Shown: in pieces, positions 38,102 to 45,321 of the stretch | Numbering within the stretch: position 1 is the first letter of the stretch | How the letters are laid out: each line of letters starts with the position of its first letter | Origin: an uncultured Bacilli bacterium | Lineage (GTDB): Bacteria > Bacillota_I > Bacilli_A > RF39 > UBA660 | NCBI GenBank assembly: GCA_947629365.1 | Contig: CANRDM010000001.1 | Span: 1-56,631, forward strand | DNA length: 56,631 bases | Direction of reading: 5' to 3' | Made by a program: the position numbers and the translations under genes | Notes under the pieces: generated by a model | The model's input: only the letters and a program-made list of their open reading frames with translations | Databases searched by the model: none | Told to the model about the DNA's origin: nothing

Positions 38102-38659
38102 TCAAGCACTAGTAATTTCAGATATTACATCGTTAGGAAAGAAATAAACCTTTATCTCGTTAATTAAACGCTTATTATTACGCCAAATAGTAGCAGGATC
38201 TTTAGCAAAATAATCTGATATTTCTTGCTGCGTTCTTTTATCAAAATATTTCAACTTTATTATTTCGATGTATTTATCAGTTTTAAATTTTTTCAAAATT
38301 CGGTCTACACGATTAATAACTACTTGCGTTCTTTTTATATCTTTAATTAGGCCATTAATAACATTTTGTTCTATTTCATCTGAATCTGTATGAACTCCTT
38401 CTGGAATTTTAAAAATACTTTTTGATTCTCCACGTAAGCCATATTTTTCAATTTCTTTAATTTCTTCCTCGCGATCACTTATTGATTCTTTTAAATCATT
38501 GTATTTATACAAAAGCAGCTCAGTAGCTTTATAGGTAGATATTTCTTTATGAAGTAAATTACGAGTTCTAAGTTCTTCAAAGATGTAATTAACTATTGCT
38601 TTATAGTCAATTAAATTTTCTGTTTTTTCGCTGGTGGCTGGTTTTTCATTGTCAGCCAT
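38102..38659 (-). CDS. late-gene transcriptional regulator (sigma region-4 / ArpU-RinA-like HTH)
   Basis: 185 aa. The C-terminus IIKLKYFDKRTQQEISDYFAKDPATIWRNNKRLINEI looks like a sigma-70 region 4 HTH. It is the last gene before the late promoter. Confidence 0.55.
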   Translation of the reverse strand: MADNEKPATSEKTENLIDYKAIVNYIFEELRTRNLLHKEISTYKATELLLYKYNDLKESISDREEEIKEIEKYGLRGESKSIFKIPEGVHTDSDEIEQNVINGLIKDIKRTQVVINRVDRILKKFKTDKYIEIIKLKYFDKRTQQEISDYFAKDPATIWRNNKRLINEIKVYFFPNDVISEITSA

Positions 38660-38740
38660 TTTAATTCCTCCGTTTCTTTCTATTTTTTATTATTTAACTT
38701 TTTCGCTAAATTATCAAGCCCTGCATAAATTATTATAGAG

Positions 38741-38902
38741 CTAATTATTATACTTAACCACATTTTTTACCTCCATATCGAATAGTGAAAGTTGTTTTAC
38801 TTTTTTTGATAAGCATTTACTACATAAACATTTATCTTTAAAACTTTTTAAATAATCAAACTTTTTACAGTTGTCACATTGATCTTTAAATTTAGGCTTC
38901 AT
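38741..38902 (-). CDS. small Cys-rich ORF (53 aa), hypothetical
   Basis: MKPKFKDQCDNCKKFDYLKSFKDKCLCSKCLSKK... The ATG overlaps the end of the upstream 63-aa gene. Below the track cut-off. Confidence 0.3.
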   Translation of the reverse strand: MKPKFKDQCDNCKKFDYLKSFKDKCLCSKCLSKKVKQLSLFDMEVKNVVKYNN

Positions 38903-39083
38903 TATCATTTTCTTCAACTTCTATTTGAGTGAGGCTCATATATTTGCAAAAGCACTCCTCAGAACAAAAACAATTTTCTTCGTCTGTATCAAAAAATTTA
39001 GCTTGTATAAAATTATCTAAACATTGGTAATAAGTATCTTTAATAACAGTCCCACACTCAGAGCAGTGTAATTGTTCGTCCAT
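38892..39083 (-). CDS. small zinc-ribbon-like phage protein
   Basis: 63 aa with CSECGT...C...CFCSEECFC. AAGGAGG lies upstream. Confidence 0.5.
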   Translation of the reverse strand: MDEQLHCSECGTVIKDTYYQCLDNFIQAKFFDTDEENCFCSEECFCKYMSLTQIEVEENDNEA

Positions 39084-39111
39084 TTTTACCTCCTTAATTT
39101 CTATAATTTTG

Positions 39112-39254
39112 AATTTTACAAAATGACTTAATTCTGTTAAATTCGCAAGTCATACTCTAAAAGAGTAATTTTTATTAGAATTATTAATCATTTTCCCGAT
39201 GTCAGGAAGGTGTTATTTTTTTATTCAATTTACTATTTTTCATTTTGTAAAATT
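39112..39254. repeat. perfect 15-bp inverted repeat flanking a 113-bp non-coding segment
   Basis: AATTTTACAAAATGA (39112-39126) and TCATTTTGTAAAATT (39240-39254). Confidence 0.8.
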
Positions 39255-39360
39255 GCTATTTATTTTTTAAAACATATATTACTGTTATAACCATCCTATT
39301 CTTTGCATTTGTTATATATCGCTTGTAGCTCATTTATATCGACATCTACATATCTGTCAC

Positions 39361-39507
39361 TTAATTGATGTTTGCAAATTGTTTTTTTAAAGAATCATAA
39401 TTAATAAACCATTTATTGCCATCTTTAAGTTTTTTTTGATATGTTACGTACCCAGCATAATTTTTATATATATAACCTAAATCTTCCAATGTAATATCTT
39501 TATTCAT
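39361..39507 (-). CDS. small hypothetical ORF (48 aa)
   Basis: MNKDITLEDLGYIYKNYAGYVTYQKKLKDGNKWFINYDSLKKQFANIN. Its start overlaps the previous stop (TAATG). Confidence 0.4.
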   Translation of the reverse strand: MNKDITLEDLGYIYKNYAGYVTYQKKLKDGNKWFINYDSLKKQFANIN

Positions 39508-39719
39508 TATTTATTATCTCCTATATAAGCATCAACTGAACCTAATTCTAAATAATTTTTTATCTGTTTTTTTAAATCCAAATTATACTCTTTGCAAATA
39601 TCATTTAATGTTTCTAATAATGCAATAATTAGTATATTATAATTTATATCATTATCAAATTCATTTTGAAAATGACAATTATCTTTTTTATCAAATTTAA
39701 TTATTATTCCTTTTTTCAT
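39507..39719 (-). CDS. hypothetical phage protein
   Basis: 70-aa ORF in the early operon, translationally coupled on both sides. Confidence 0.5.
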   Translation of the reverse strand: MKKGIIIKFDKKDNCHFQNEFDNDINYNILIIALLETLNDICKEYNLDLKKQIKNYLELGSVDAYIGDNK

Positions 39720-40066
39720 TATTTTTTGCCTCTTTCTAATATTTCTTCTAATTTCAATATTGTTTTTATATAATCTTCTTCACACCATTTAAACCTATTT
39801 TCATAATTATGAAATTCTTTTAAAAATTCTTTTGCCTCAGCAATAATCTCATCTTTCTTTTCAATTTCTCTAGCCTGTCTTATAGCTAAATCTTTCCATA
39901 ATTTATTTTCTTTTTCATAATATTTATTTTCTTGTTGTAACTCTTCAATATAATTATCTATCAAGTTTATGGAATCATAATTACCATAAAAATTATTTAA
40001 AGCTATCATAATATCAGCTCTAGCATTCGCCATATCTAATTCTTCTTCATTTGCGCCACTAATCAT
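39719..40066 (-). CDS. hypothetical phage protein (coiled coil)
   Basis: 115-aa ORF. Confidence 0.5.
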   Translation of the reverse strand: MISGANEEELDMANARADIMIALNNFYGNYDSINLIDNYIEELQQENKYYEKENKLWKDLAIRQAREIEKKDEIIAEAKEFLKEFHNYENRFKWCEEDYIKTILKLEEILERGKK

Positions 40067-40259
40067 CTTTATCTCCTCATATAAATGCTATTAATCATTT
40101 GAGTATCATAAAAAATAAAGTACACATTGCTATAGTTAATAAAACCCAAAATATAATAGATACAACATACATAAATGTTTTATTTCTTAATAATTTTTTC
40201 ATTCTTTACCACCTTTATTAATAAAATTTAGGACTTCTTGATATATTTGCTTTTCCACT

Positions 40260-40490
40260 TTATTTTTCCTTCAAATTATCTATTTTCTTGCCACAAGTAG
40301 GGCAAAAGTTTAAATCAAATGCTGCACTTGTTAAAGTTGATTTTTGTTTTCCTTTTATATTTTTAACATTTTTAGGCCAGCCATACCGTGAAAATTTTAC
40401 AAATAGTTTATAGTTTAAAATATCACTTTTATTATTAAGCCAAAATTTTATTTCTTCACAAGTTTTACAAATTTTCATCTTTATTACCAA
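40260..40490 (-). CDS. small zinc-ribbon phage protein
   Basis: 76 aa with CKTCEE...CPTCGKK. Confidence 0.5.
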   Translation of the reverse strand: MVIKMKICKTCEEIKFWLNNKSDILNYKLFVKFSRYGWPKNVKNIKGKQKSTLTSAAFDLNFCPTCGKKIDNLKEK

Positions 40491-40521
40491 ACTTTTCTTT
40501 TAAATACCTTATCTATTTCTT

Positions 40522-40911
40522 CTATTTAATTATTTCTAACTGATAATTTATATCACTTGGTATATTGCCTTCAAATACATAACTATTTTTAATCATATAT
40601 TCATTATATACATTAGCTGTCTTATTAGCTCTCATTTTAGCTTGTTCTGCCCAACCTATTTTTTCTTTATCTTTACTATCTTTATACATTTCATAAGTTG
40701 CTTTATCTGTTTTGTAAGACGCTATACTTGATCTGGCTGTATCTTCTACTTTTTTTCTTGTTTCATATAAAGTACGATCATCAACTTTTTTCATCATATT
40801 ATCGTATGAATTTATTAAAGCTCTTCCGCCTGGGAAAAAACTAACATATATACCAAAGCCTACTGCTAATGTTATTAATAATCCTAAAAATCCTCCTAAT
40901 ACATATTTCAT
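40522..40911 (-). CDS. membrane-anchored hypothetical phage protein
   Basis: 129 aa with N-terminal TM helix VLGGFLGLLITLAVGFGIYVSFF. GGAGG lies upstream. Confidence 0.5.
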   Translation of the reverse strand: MKYVLGGFLGLLITLAVGFGIYVSFFPGGRALINSYDNMMKKVDDRTLYETRKKVEDTARSSIASYKTDKATYEMYKDSKDKEKIGWAEQAKMRANKTANVYNEYMIKNSYVFEGNIPSDINYQLEIIK

Positions 40912-40913
40912 AT

Positions 40914-41000
40914 CTATCTACCTCCTACTATTATTAAGATTAAAACTACTATTATAATGATGGTTGCTAATAATTCTATTAAAGTAAAACCTTTATTCAT
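40914..41000 (-). CDS. 28-aa peptide consisting only of a prepilin-type leader plus hydrophobic helix
   Basis: MNKGFTLIELLATIIIIVVLILIIVGGR. KGFTLIE is the class III (type IV pilin / ComG pseudopilin) cleavage-methylation motif. GGAGG lies 10 nt upstream, and both ends are coupled to neighbouring genes. Confidence 0.45.
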   Translation of the reverse strand: MNKGFTLIELLATIIIIVVLILIIVGGR

Positions 41001-41176
41001 TTCAATAAATCCTCCACCGTCTTTTTTTCTTCAATATATTTTTTAAATTCATATATTAAATTTCTTGTTTCTTGTATCATATCTCTATTTATTCTCAAAA
41101 GTTCATTAATGATATCTTGTTTATCTTTTAAGGCATCGTTTAAAAGTTTTATATACTCTTCTTGAATTTTTTTCAT
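40997..41176 (-). CDS. small hypothetical coiled-coil protein (59 aa)
   Basis: MKKIQEEYIKLLNDALKDKQDIINELLRINRDMIQETRNLIYEFKKYIEEKKTVEDLLK. Its stop overlaps the next ATG (ATGA). Confidence 0.4.
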   Translation of the reverse strand: MKKIQEEYIKLLNDALKDKQDIINELLRINRDMIQETRNLIYEFKKYIEEKKTVEDLLK

Positions 41177-41725
41177 TTAATCCACCTTTACTATTGGATC
41201 ATTTACTTTAAATGGTATATCACTATACAAATAAGTGCCTGTCCATTCTACATATTTACCATCTGTTGTAAAGAAAAATATTCCATTATCATTTTCACCA
41301 TAACTACCGTCTACGTCTGGTAACCATTTATTATCACACCAACCACTATTTCTGACGCATTCGTATAATTCACTATCTGGAGTTAAATAACTATTTAAGC
41401 TTGAAACTTTTCCATCTACAATAAATTTTCCTACAACTGCTCCATTATCAGTTAATAATACAATATATCCAAGTGGCATATCTGCAATTGGCGTTGTCAT
41501 ACTTCTTGCTTTATCTCTCATACCATTAACCCAATATGCTCTTTTAATTAGATTATATCTTTCTAACGAATAATCAATATCTGTTGGAGTTGGTTGATTT
41601 TCCGATAACTTATTTCCTACATTAATTGTCTTTTCTGTATCATTACTAATATCTTCAATATCACAACCTGTTGCCCCTAATAACATAGTTCCTAATAACA
41701 TAACTATAAATAATTTCTTTTTCAT
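41177..41725 (-). CDS. phage-encoded lipoprotein
   Basis: Signal peptide with lipobox MKKKLFIVMLLGTMLLGATGC. 182 aa. Confidence 0.7.
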   Translation of the reverse strand: MKKKLFIVMLLGTMLLGATGCDIEDISNDTEKTINVGNKLSENQPTPTDIDYSLERYNLIKRAYWVNGMRDKARSMTTPIADMPLGYIVLLTDNGAVVGKFIVDGKVSSLNSYLTPDSELYECVRNSGWCDNKWLPDVDGSYGENDNGIFFFTTDGKYVEWTGTYLYSDIPFKVNDPIVKVD

Positions 41726-41747
41726 AATATCTTCTCCTTTTTTTCAA

Positions 41748-41984
41748 CTATTTAGTTATTTCATAATAATTGTCTACGCCAATGAAATTGTTTTTTATCT
41801 TACAAAAGCATTCACCATCATCATTTTGATAGCATTCTTTACTCTTTCCTATAATACCATCTTTAGCATATTCATATTCTCTAAATGATTCTTTAATCGC
41901 CCCAAACATAATTGATAAAACATAGATTAAAAGAATTATTAAAATCACTATTAACAATATTGCCTCTTTATTTATTTTCTTCAT
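41748..41984 (-). CDS. small membrane protein, hypothetical
   Basis: 78 aa with N-terminal TM helix ILLIVILIILLIYVLSIMFGAI. Confidence 0.45.
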   Translation of the reverse strand: MKKINKEAILLIVILIILLIYVLSIMFGAIKESFREYEYAKDGIIGKSKECYQNDDGECFCKIKNNFIGVDNYYEITK

Positions 41985-42411
41985 TATCTACTACCTTCTT
42001 TATAATTCTACTTGCTTTACTTTTTGAATAAATTTGCATTTTTTGATTTCCTTTGGATTTGTCATCGGGAAGATTAACTACTTTATATAAATTACTTTTT
42101 AATCCGTCTATAATGTCACAGGCATTATCAACTACTTTTGAAATTTCATTGAGAAGTTCTCTTACTTTTTTAGAATTTTTAATTTCTAATTCTAAATCTT
42201 TAATATTTTTCTCTCTCAATAAAGTTAATTTTTCAGTTTCAATTCTATTTTCTTCTAGCTTTAACAACTTATCTTTTAATTTGCTATTTTCTTCTAATAA
42301 ATTGAAATGTTTACTTATTTCATTATCTATCGAACATAATTTTTCATTAATATTTTTATATTCAGCCTCTACCCCTCTGATTAATTTTTTTAAAAAAATC
42401 ATTATTTCCAC
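41968..42411 (-). CDS. hypothetical coiled-coil phage protein
   Basis: 147-aa ORF. Confidence 0.45.
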   Translation of the reverse strand: MEIMIFLKKLIRGVEAEYKNINEKLCSIDNEISKHFNLLEENSKLKDKLLKLEENRIETEKLTLLREKNIKDLELEIKNSKKVRELLNEISKVVDNACDIIDGLKSNLYKVVNLPDDKSKGNQKMQIYSKSKASRIIKKVVDNEENK

Positions 42412-42412
42412 C

Positions 42413-43051
42413 TTAATTTCCTAAATAAAAACTCTTCCGTTTAATATTTTTATCATCTTCATCCCAGCAAATATAACGCAGTGTTACATATATACTAGAA
42501 TGATTTAACATTTTACTTAATCCTATTAAATCACCAGTTTGTTCATAATATGTTCTAGCAAAATATTTTCTTAAAGAATGAGTACCAACAACATAACTTA
42601 TTTTTACAGCTTTTGATAGTTCTTTTATAATTTGCCACGCTCTTTGCCTAGTAATTGGTATGTTAATTCCTTTTCTACTTTGAAATAGATATTCTCCTTC
42701 AATAAGTTCCATATCGTGAATATATTTTTCAACGTCTTTAGCAAGAGATGGATGTAAATCAAAAGCCTGTTCCTTTCCAGTTTTAAATTCTCTTGTATAA
42801 ACACCACCATTTTTAAAATTATTTGTTTTTAATTGAACTAAATCTTCTATTCGAAAAGCTAAATTTCTACCCAAATGTAGCATCATATAATTCCGCAGCC
42901 AAATTTTATACGTTTCTTTATCATTTTCTTCTAAAGCCTTGATATATGTTTTTTTACATATAATTAACATATTGTTTAAATCATCTTTTTTAAAAGGCCT
43001 AACTGTCTTTCGACCATAAGTTATTCTAAAAGTTCTGGACATAAATAACAC
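42413..43051 (-). CDS. small tyrosine recombinase (Xer / phage-integrase catalytic domain)
   Basis: 212 aa with ...GRNLAFRIEDL..., HSLRKYFA (H-x-x-R) and LNHSSIYVTLRYI (His and catalytic Tyr). Confidence 0.75.
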   Translation of the reverse strand: MLFMSRTFRITYGRKTVRPFKKDDLNNMLIICKKTYIKALEENDKETYKIWLRNYMMLHLGRNLAFRIEDLVQLKTNNFKNGGVYTREFKTGKEQAFDLHPSLAKDVEKYIHDMELIEGEYLFQSRKGINIPITRQRAWQIIKELSKAVKISYVVGTHSLRKYFARTYYEQTGDLIGLSKMLNHSSIYVTLRYICWDEDDKNIKRKSFYLGN

Positions 43052-43067
43052 CTTCTAAACATTAAGA

Positions 43068-43331
43068 CTAAGTAGCAATTAATATATTTTTAGTTCTTTC
43101 AATTTCTATATTTCTAGTAAATTTAAAAGAACAAATTGGACAACATAATTCATAATTTAATAGTAAAGTTTCATTTATTTTTAAATTTTTGGAATCTTTT
43201 TTTATATCTTCACTTAATTGCCTTAAAAAATTATTTTCTATTAAGTTGGCTCTACAGTTAGGACAATTAAGACGAATAAAATTAAAATTAACATACATAA
43301 TATTATTCATTTTCTTTAATAATTCCTTCAT
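43068..43331 (-). CDS. small zinc-ribbon phage protein
   Basis: 87 aa with CPNCRA...CCPICSF. Confidence 0.45.
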   Translation of the reverse strand: MKELLKKMNNIMYVNFNFIRLNCPNCRANLIENNFLRQLSEDIKKDSKNLKINETLLLNYELCCPICSFKFTRNIEIERTKNILIAT

Positions 43332-43584
43332 TTATTCTCCGATATTCTTTCAAGATAGCGTTTTCAAGTTTTTGCCTACATTCCATATTTAAAGGATGTG
43401 CTACGTCTTTAAAAGTGTTATCAGGCATTTTTTCACTAGGCATTGCCACAAACAACCTATTATCGCCTCTTATTATTTTAATTCCTGTGATTATAAATTC
43501 ATTATCTATTACAATACTCGCTGATCCTAATAATCTTTTGTTTTCTATTTCTAATTTTTTTACTTTAACACTTGTAATTTTCAT
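43303..43584 (-). CDS. spoVG: SpoVG-family protein encoded by the phage
   Basis: MKITSVKVKKLEIENKRLLGSASIVIDNEFIITGIKIIRGDNRLFVAMPSEKMPDNTFKDVAHPLN is colinear with remembered SpoVG (..[46 protein letters not shown]..). Confidence 0.8.
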   Translation of the reverse strand: MKITSVKVKKLEIENKRLLGSASIVIDNEFIITGIKIIRGDNRLFVAMPSEKMPDNTFKDVAHPLNMECRQKLENAILKEYRRINEGIIKENE

Positions 43585-43605
43585 AATATATTTTTCCTTT
43601 CTTAT

Positions 43606-44397
43606 TTACTGAAAATCTTTCAAAAGATTTACTAATTCTGTTTCTTCTTCTGCATTTAATTTTTCTTCAACTATCGTTTTATTTAGCCAGTCTGGTGGCC
43701 TTTCAACTTTTCTTTTATAAATATGCTTTTGATTCTCAAATTCTTTCTCACGTTGTTCAAGCTGTTCTTTAGTAGTAATTCCTTTTTCCTGGCACTCTTT
43801 AATTATTTTCTCAATGTATTTAATATTTAACTTATTTTGTTTACCAGCTTCTCTAATTGCATACAATGTGATATAATTAATACACACCGTGTTAAAATAA
43901 TTTTGTTCTTCACCATTCAAAATTCGATTAAAAACTTTTTCAACGTAGGCAATAAATTTTTCTCTAGTAGTAGTAGATATATTTATATCATTATTTATTA
44001 ATTCAGTATTTATTATATTATTATTTATATATACGTCATTTACTAACGCGTTGTTTATTGACGCGTTATCTAGCGACGTGTCATTTACTGACGTATTCTT
44101 TTCTTTTAAAACATAAATGTAATCAGACATATTATTTTTGTTTGCTCTTATAATTTCTAAATAACCAGCATCTTTTAATCGTTTTATCTTAGCATTTATA
44201 TTTCTTAAATTACATTTTAATTCAGTAGCTAAATAACTTTGGTTAACTTTCCAACCATTAGGCAAAGAATATAAATAGATCATAAGCCTATAATCTCCAT
44301 CCGATACATCTTTAGCCCTTATAATTGAATTAGGTATAGTACTAAATTTATTTCTTATTTCACTCTTAAGTATTGCCATATATTCTCCTATAGCCAA
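43606..44397 (-). CDS. replication initiator / replisome organiser (N-terminal wHTH + C-terminal DnaD-like domain)
   Basis: 263 aa. The N-terminus ...IPNSIIRAKDVSDGDYRLMIYLYSLPNGWKVNQSYLATEL is wHTH-like. The C-terminus ...FIAYVEKVFNRILNGEEQNYFN...IREAGKQNKLNIKYIEKIIKECQEKGI is DnaD/DnaB_2-like. Confidence 0.7.
   Translation of the reverse strand: MAIGEYMAILKSEIRNKFSTIPNSIIRAKDVSDGDYRLMIYLYSLPNGWKVNQSYLATELKCNLRNINAKIKRLKDAGYLEIIRANKNNMSDYIYVLKEKNTSVNDTSLDNASINNALVNDVYINNNIINTELINNDINISTTTREKFIAYVEKVFNRILNGEEQNYFNTVCINYITLYAIREAGKQNKLNIKYIEKIIKECQEKGITTKEQLEQREKEFENQKHIYKRKVERPPDWLNKTIVEEKLNAEEETELVNLLKDFQ
44033..44098. repeat. five tandem iterons of about 15 bp inside the replication gene (candidate ori)
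   Basis: ACGTCATTTACTA / ACGCGTTGTTTATTG / ACGCGTTATCTAGCG / ACGTGTCATTTACTG / ACGTATTC.. Encoded as NTSVN-DTSLD-NASIN-NALVN-DVYIN. Confidence 0.6.
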
Positions 44398-44460
44398 CTA
44401 AAACCGCCCTGTTTGATTATTTTTAAAATTTATGTTATATTTATTTCGTTAAATTTTTAT

Positions 44461-44703
44461 TTAACGAATTAATGTAGATACTGACATTTCGTAACTATTG
44501 ATGTCAGTATCTTTTATTTTGCTTTCTAAATATTCGTAAGATAATTCTAAAATTATTGCAAAAAAGCAAAAACTTAATATTCCAAAAACTGTCCAACATA
44601 CTGATAACTTAGTTATAATAACAAATAAATCATAGAATACTGCTCCAAGACTAACTAAATTTAAAATCAAAATTGTTAAATTTTTCTTGTTAATTTTCTT
44701 CAT
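44461..44703 (-). CDS. small membrane protein, hypothetical
   Basis: 80 aa with two TM helices. Confidence 0.45.
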   Translation of the reverse strand: MKKINKKNLTILILNLVSLGAVFYDLFVIITKLSVCWTVFGILSFCFFAIILELSYEYLESKIKDTDINSYEMSVSTLIR

Positions 44704-44718
44704 ATAAAATACCCCTCT

Positions 44719-44826
44719 CTATTCCATATTTTTTAATAATTCACAAATTTCTTTTATTTTTTTAGAGGCTTGCTCTTCACTTACTGGATTATGAACTATA
44801 ACTTTTAATTCTTTTTTACATTTCAT
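44719..44826 (-). CDS. small hypothetical ORF (35 aa)
   Basis: MKCKKELKVIVHNPVSEEQASKKIKEICELLKNME, with GGAG upstream. Confidence 0.3.
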   Translation of the reverse strand: MKCKKELKVIVHNPVSEEQASKKIKEICELLKNME

Positions 44827-44895
44827 AAGTTTCAACTCCTATATTAGCTTATGTTTTTTGTTTAGTTTGGGTTAATTACCTATTCTAGTAGGTTA

Positions 44896-45006
44896 TTCAG
44901 ACACTTATTTGAGAACTAGATGAAAAAATAGAAAAAGTTTATTTAAATAGTATTTCAAAATATAAAAGAGTAAAGAGGTTAATCTAGTCCTCAGTAAGTG
45001 CCTGAA
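44896..45006 (-). repeat. long imperfect inverted repeat (about 25-bp arms, 60-nt loop), probable RNA stem-loop
   Basis: TTCAGACACTTATTTGAGAACTAGAT (44896-44921) against ATCTAGTCCTCAGTAAGTGCCTGAA (44982-45006). The two mismatches are A/C on the plus strand, so they become G-U pairs in a minus-strand RNA. Confidence 0.55.
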
Positions 45007-45015
45007 TTTTATTTT

Positions 45016-45249
45016 TTAATTTAAAGGTATATTATGTTTCTTTAATAATTCTTCATAATAAATAACTTTTTTTCGTAATTCTTTAGTTTCTAATCGATAA
45101 TCATCATAATGAATAATTCGGTCCAATTCTTCTATTTTTCTTAAAGTTGTCTTACTGGCATTTCCGAATGCTCTTTCATCATATAATTCCGATTCTAATT
45201 TTCTTCTTTTTTCGATATATCTTTCTATATCTTTTTTAGTGAAATTCAT
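45016..45249 (-). CDS. hypothetical early phage protein
   Basis: 77-aa ORF. Confidence 0.5.
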   Translation of the reverse strand: MNFTKKDIERYIEKRRKLESELYDERAFGNASKTTLRKIEELDRIIHYDDYRLETKELRKKVIYYEELLKKHNIPLN

Positions 45250-45321
45250 ACTTCTACTCCTTTTAGATTGATTATTTTCTCCTATTCGATTAAAATAATT
45301 AAATTAGAAAGGAGAATTAAA

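Noticed and set aside
37389-38147. Plus-strand ORFs 37389-37616 and 37827-38147; also 42053-42424 (+), 42625-42810 (-), 43189-43392 (+), 43415-43612 (+), 46897-47151 (-), 49132-49464 (-), 52575-52814 (+), 53861-54403 (-), 55259-55504 (-), 18670-18873 (+) and 20857-21042 (+)
   Set aside because: Each is antisense to, or off-frame within, a better-supported gene or non-coding element. None has a convincing RBS or a recognisable motif.
39127-39239. Invertible promoter between the 15-bp inverted repeats
   Set aside because: I found no convincing -35/-10 pair in either orientation inside the 113-bp segment. The inverted repeat itself is reported, but the phase-variable promoter idea is unsupported.
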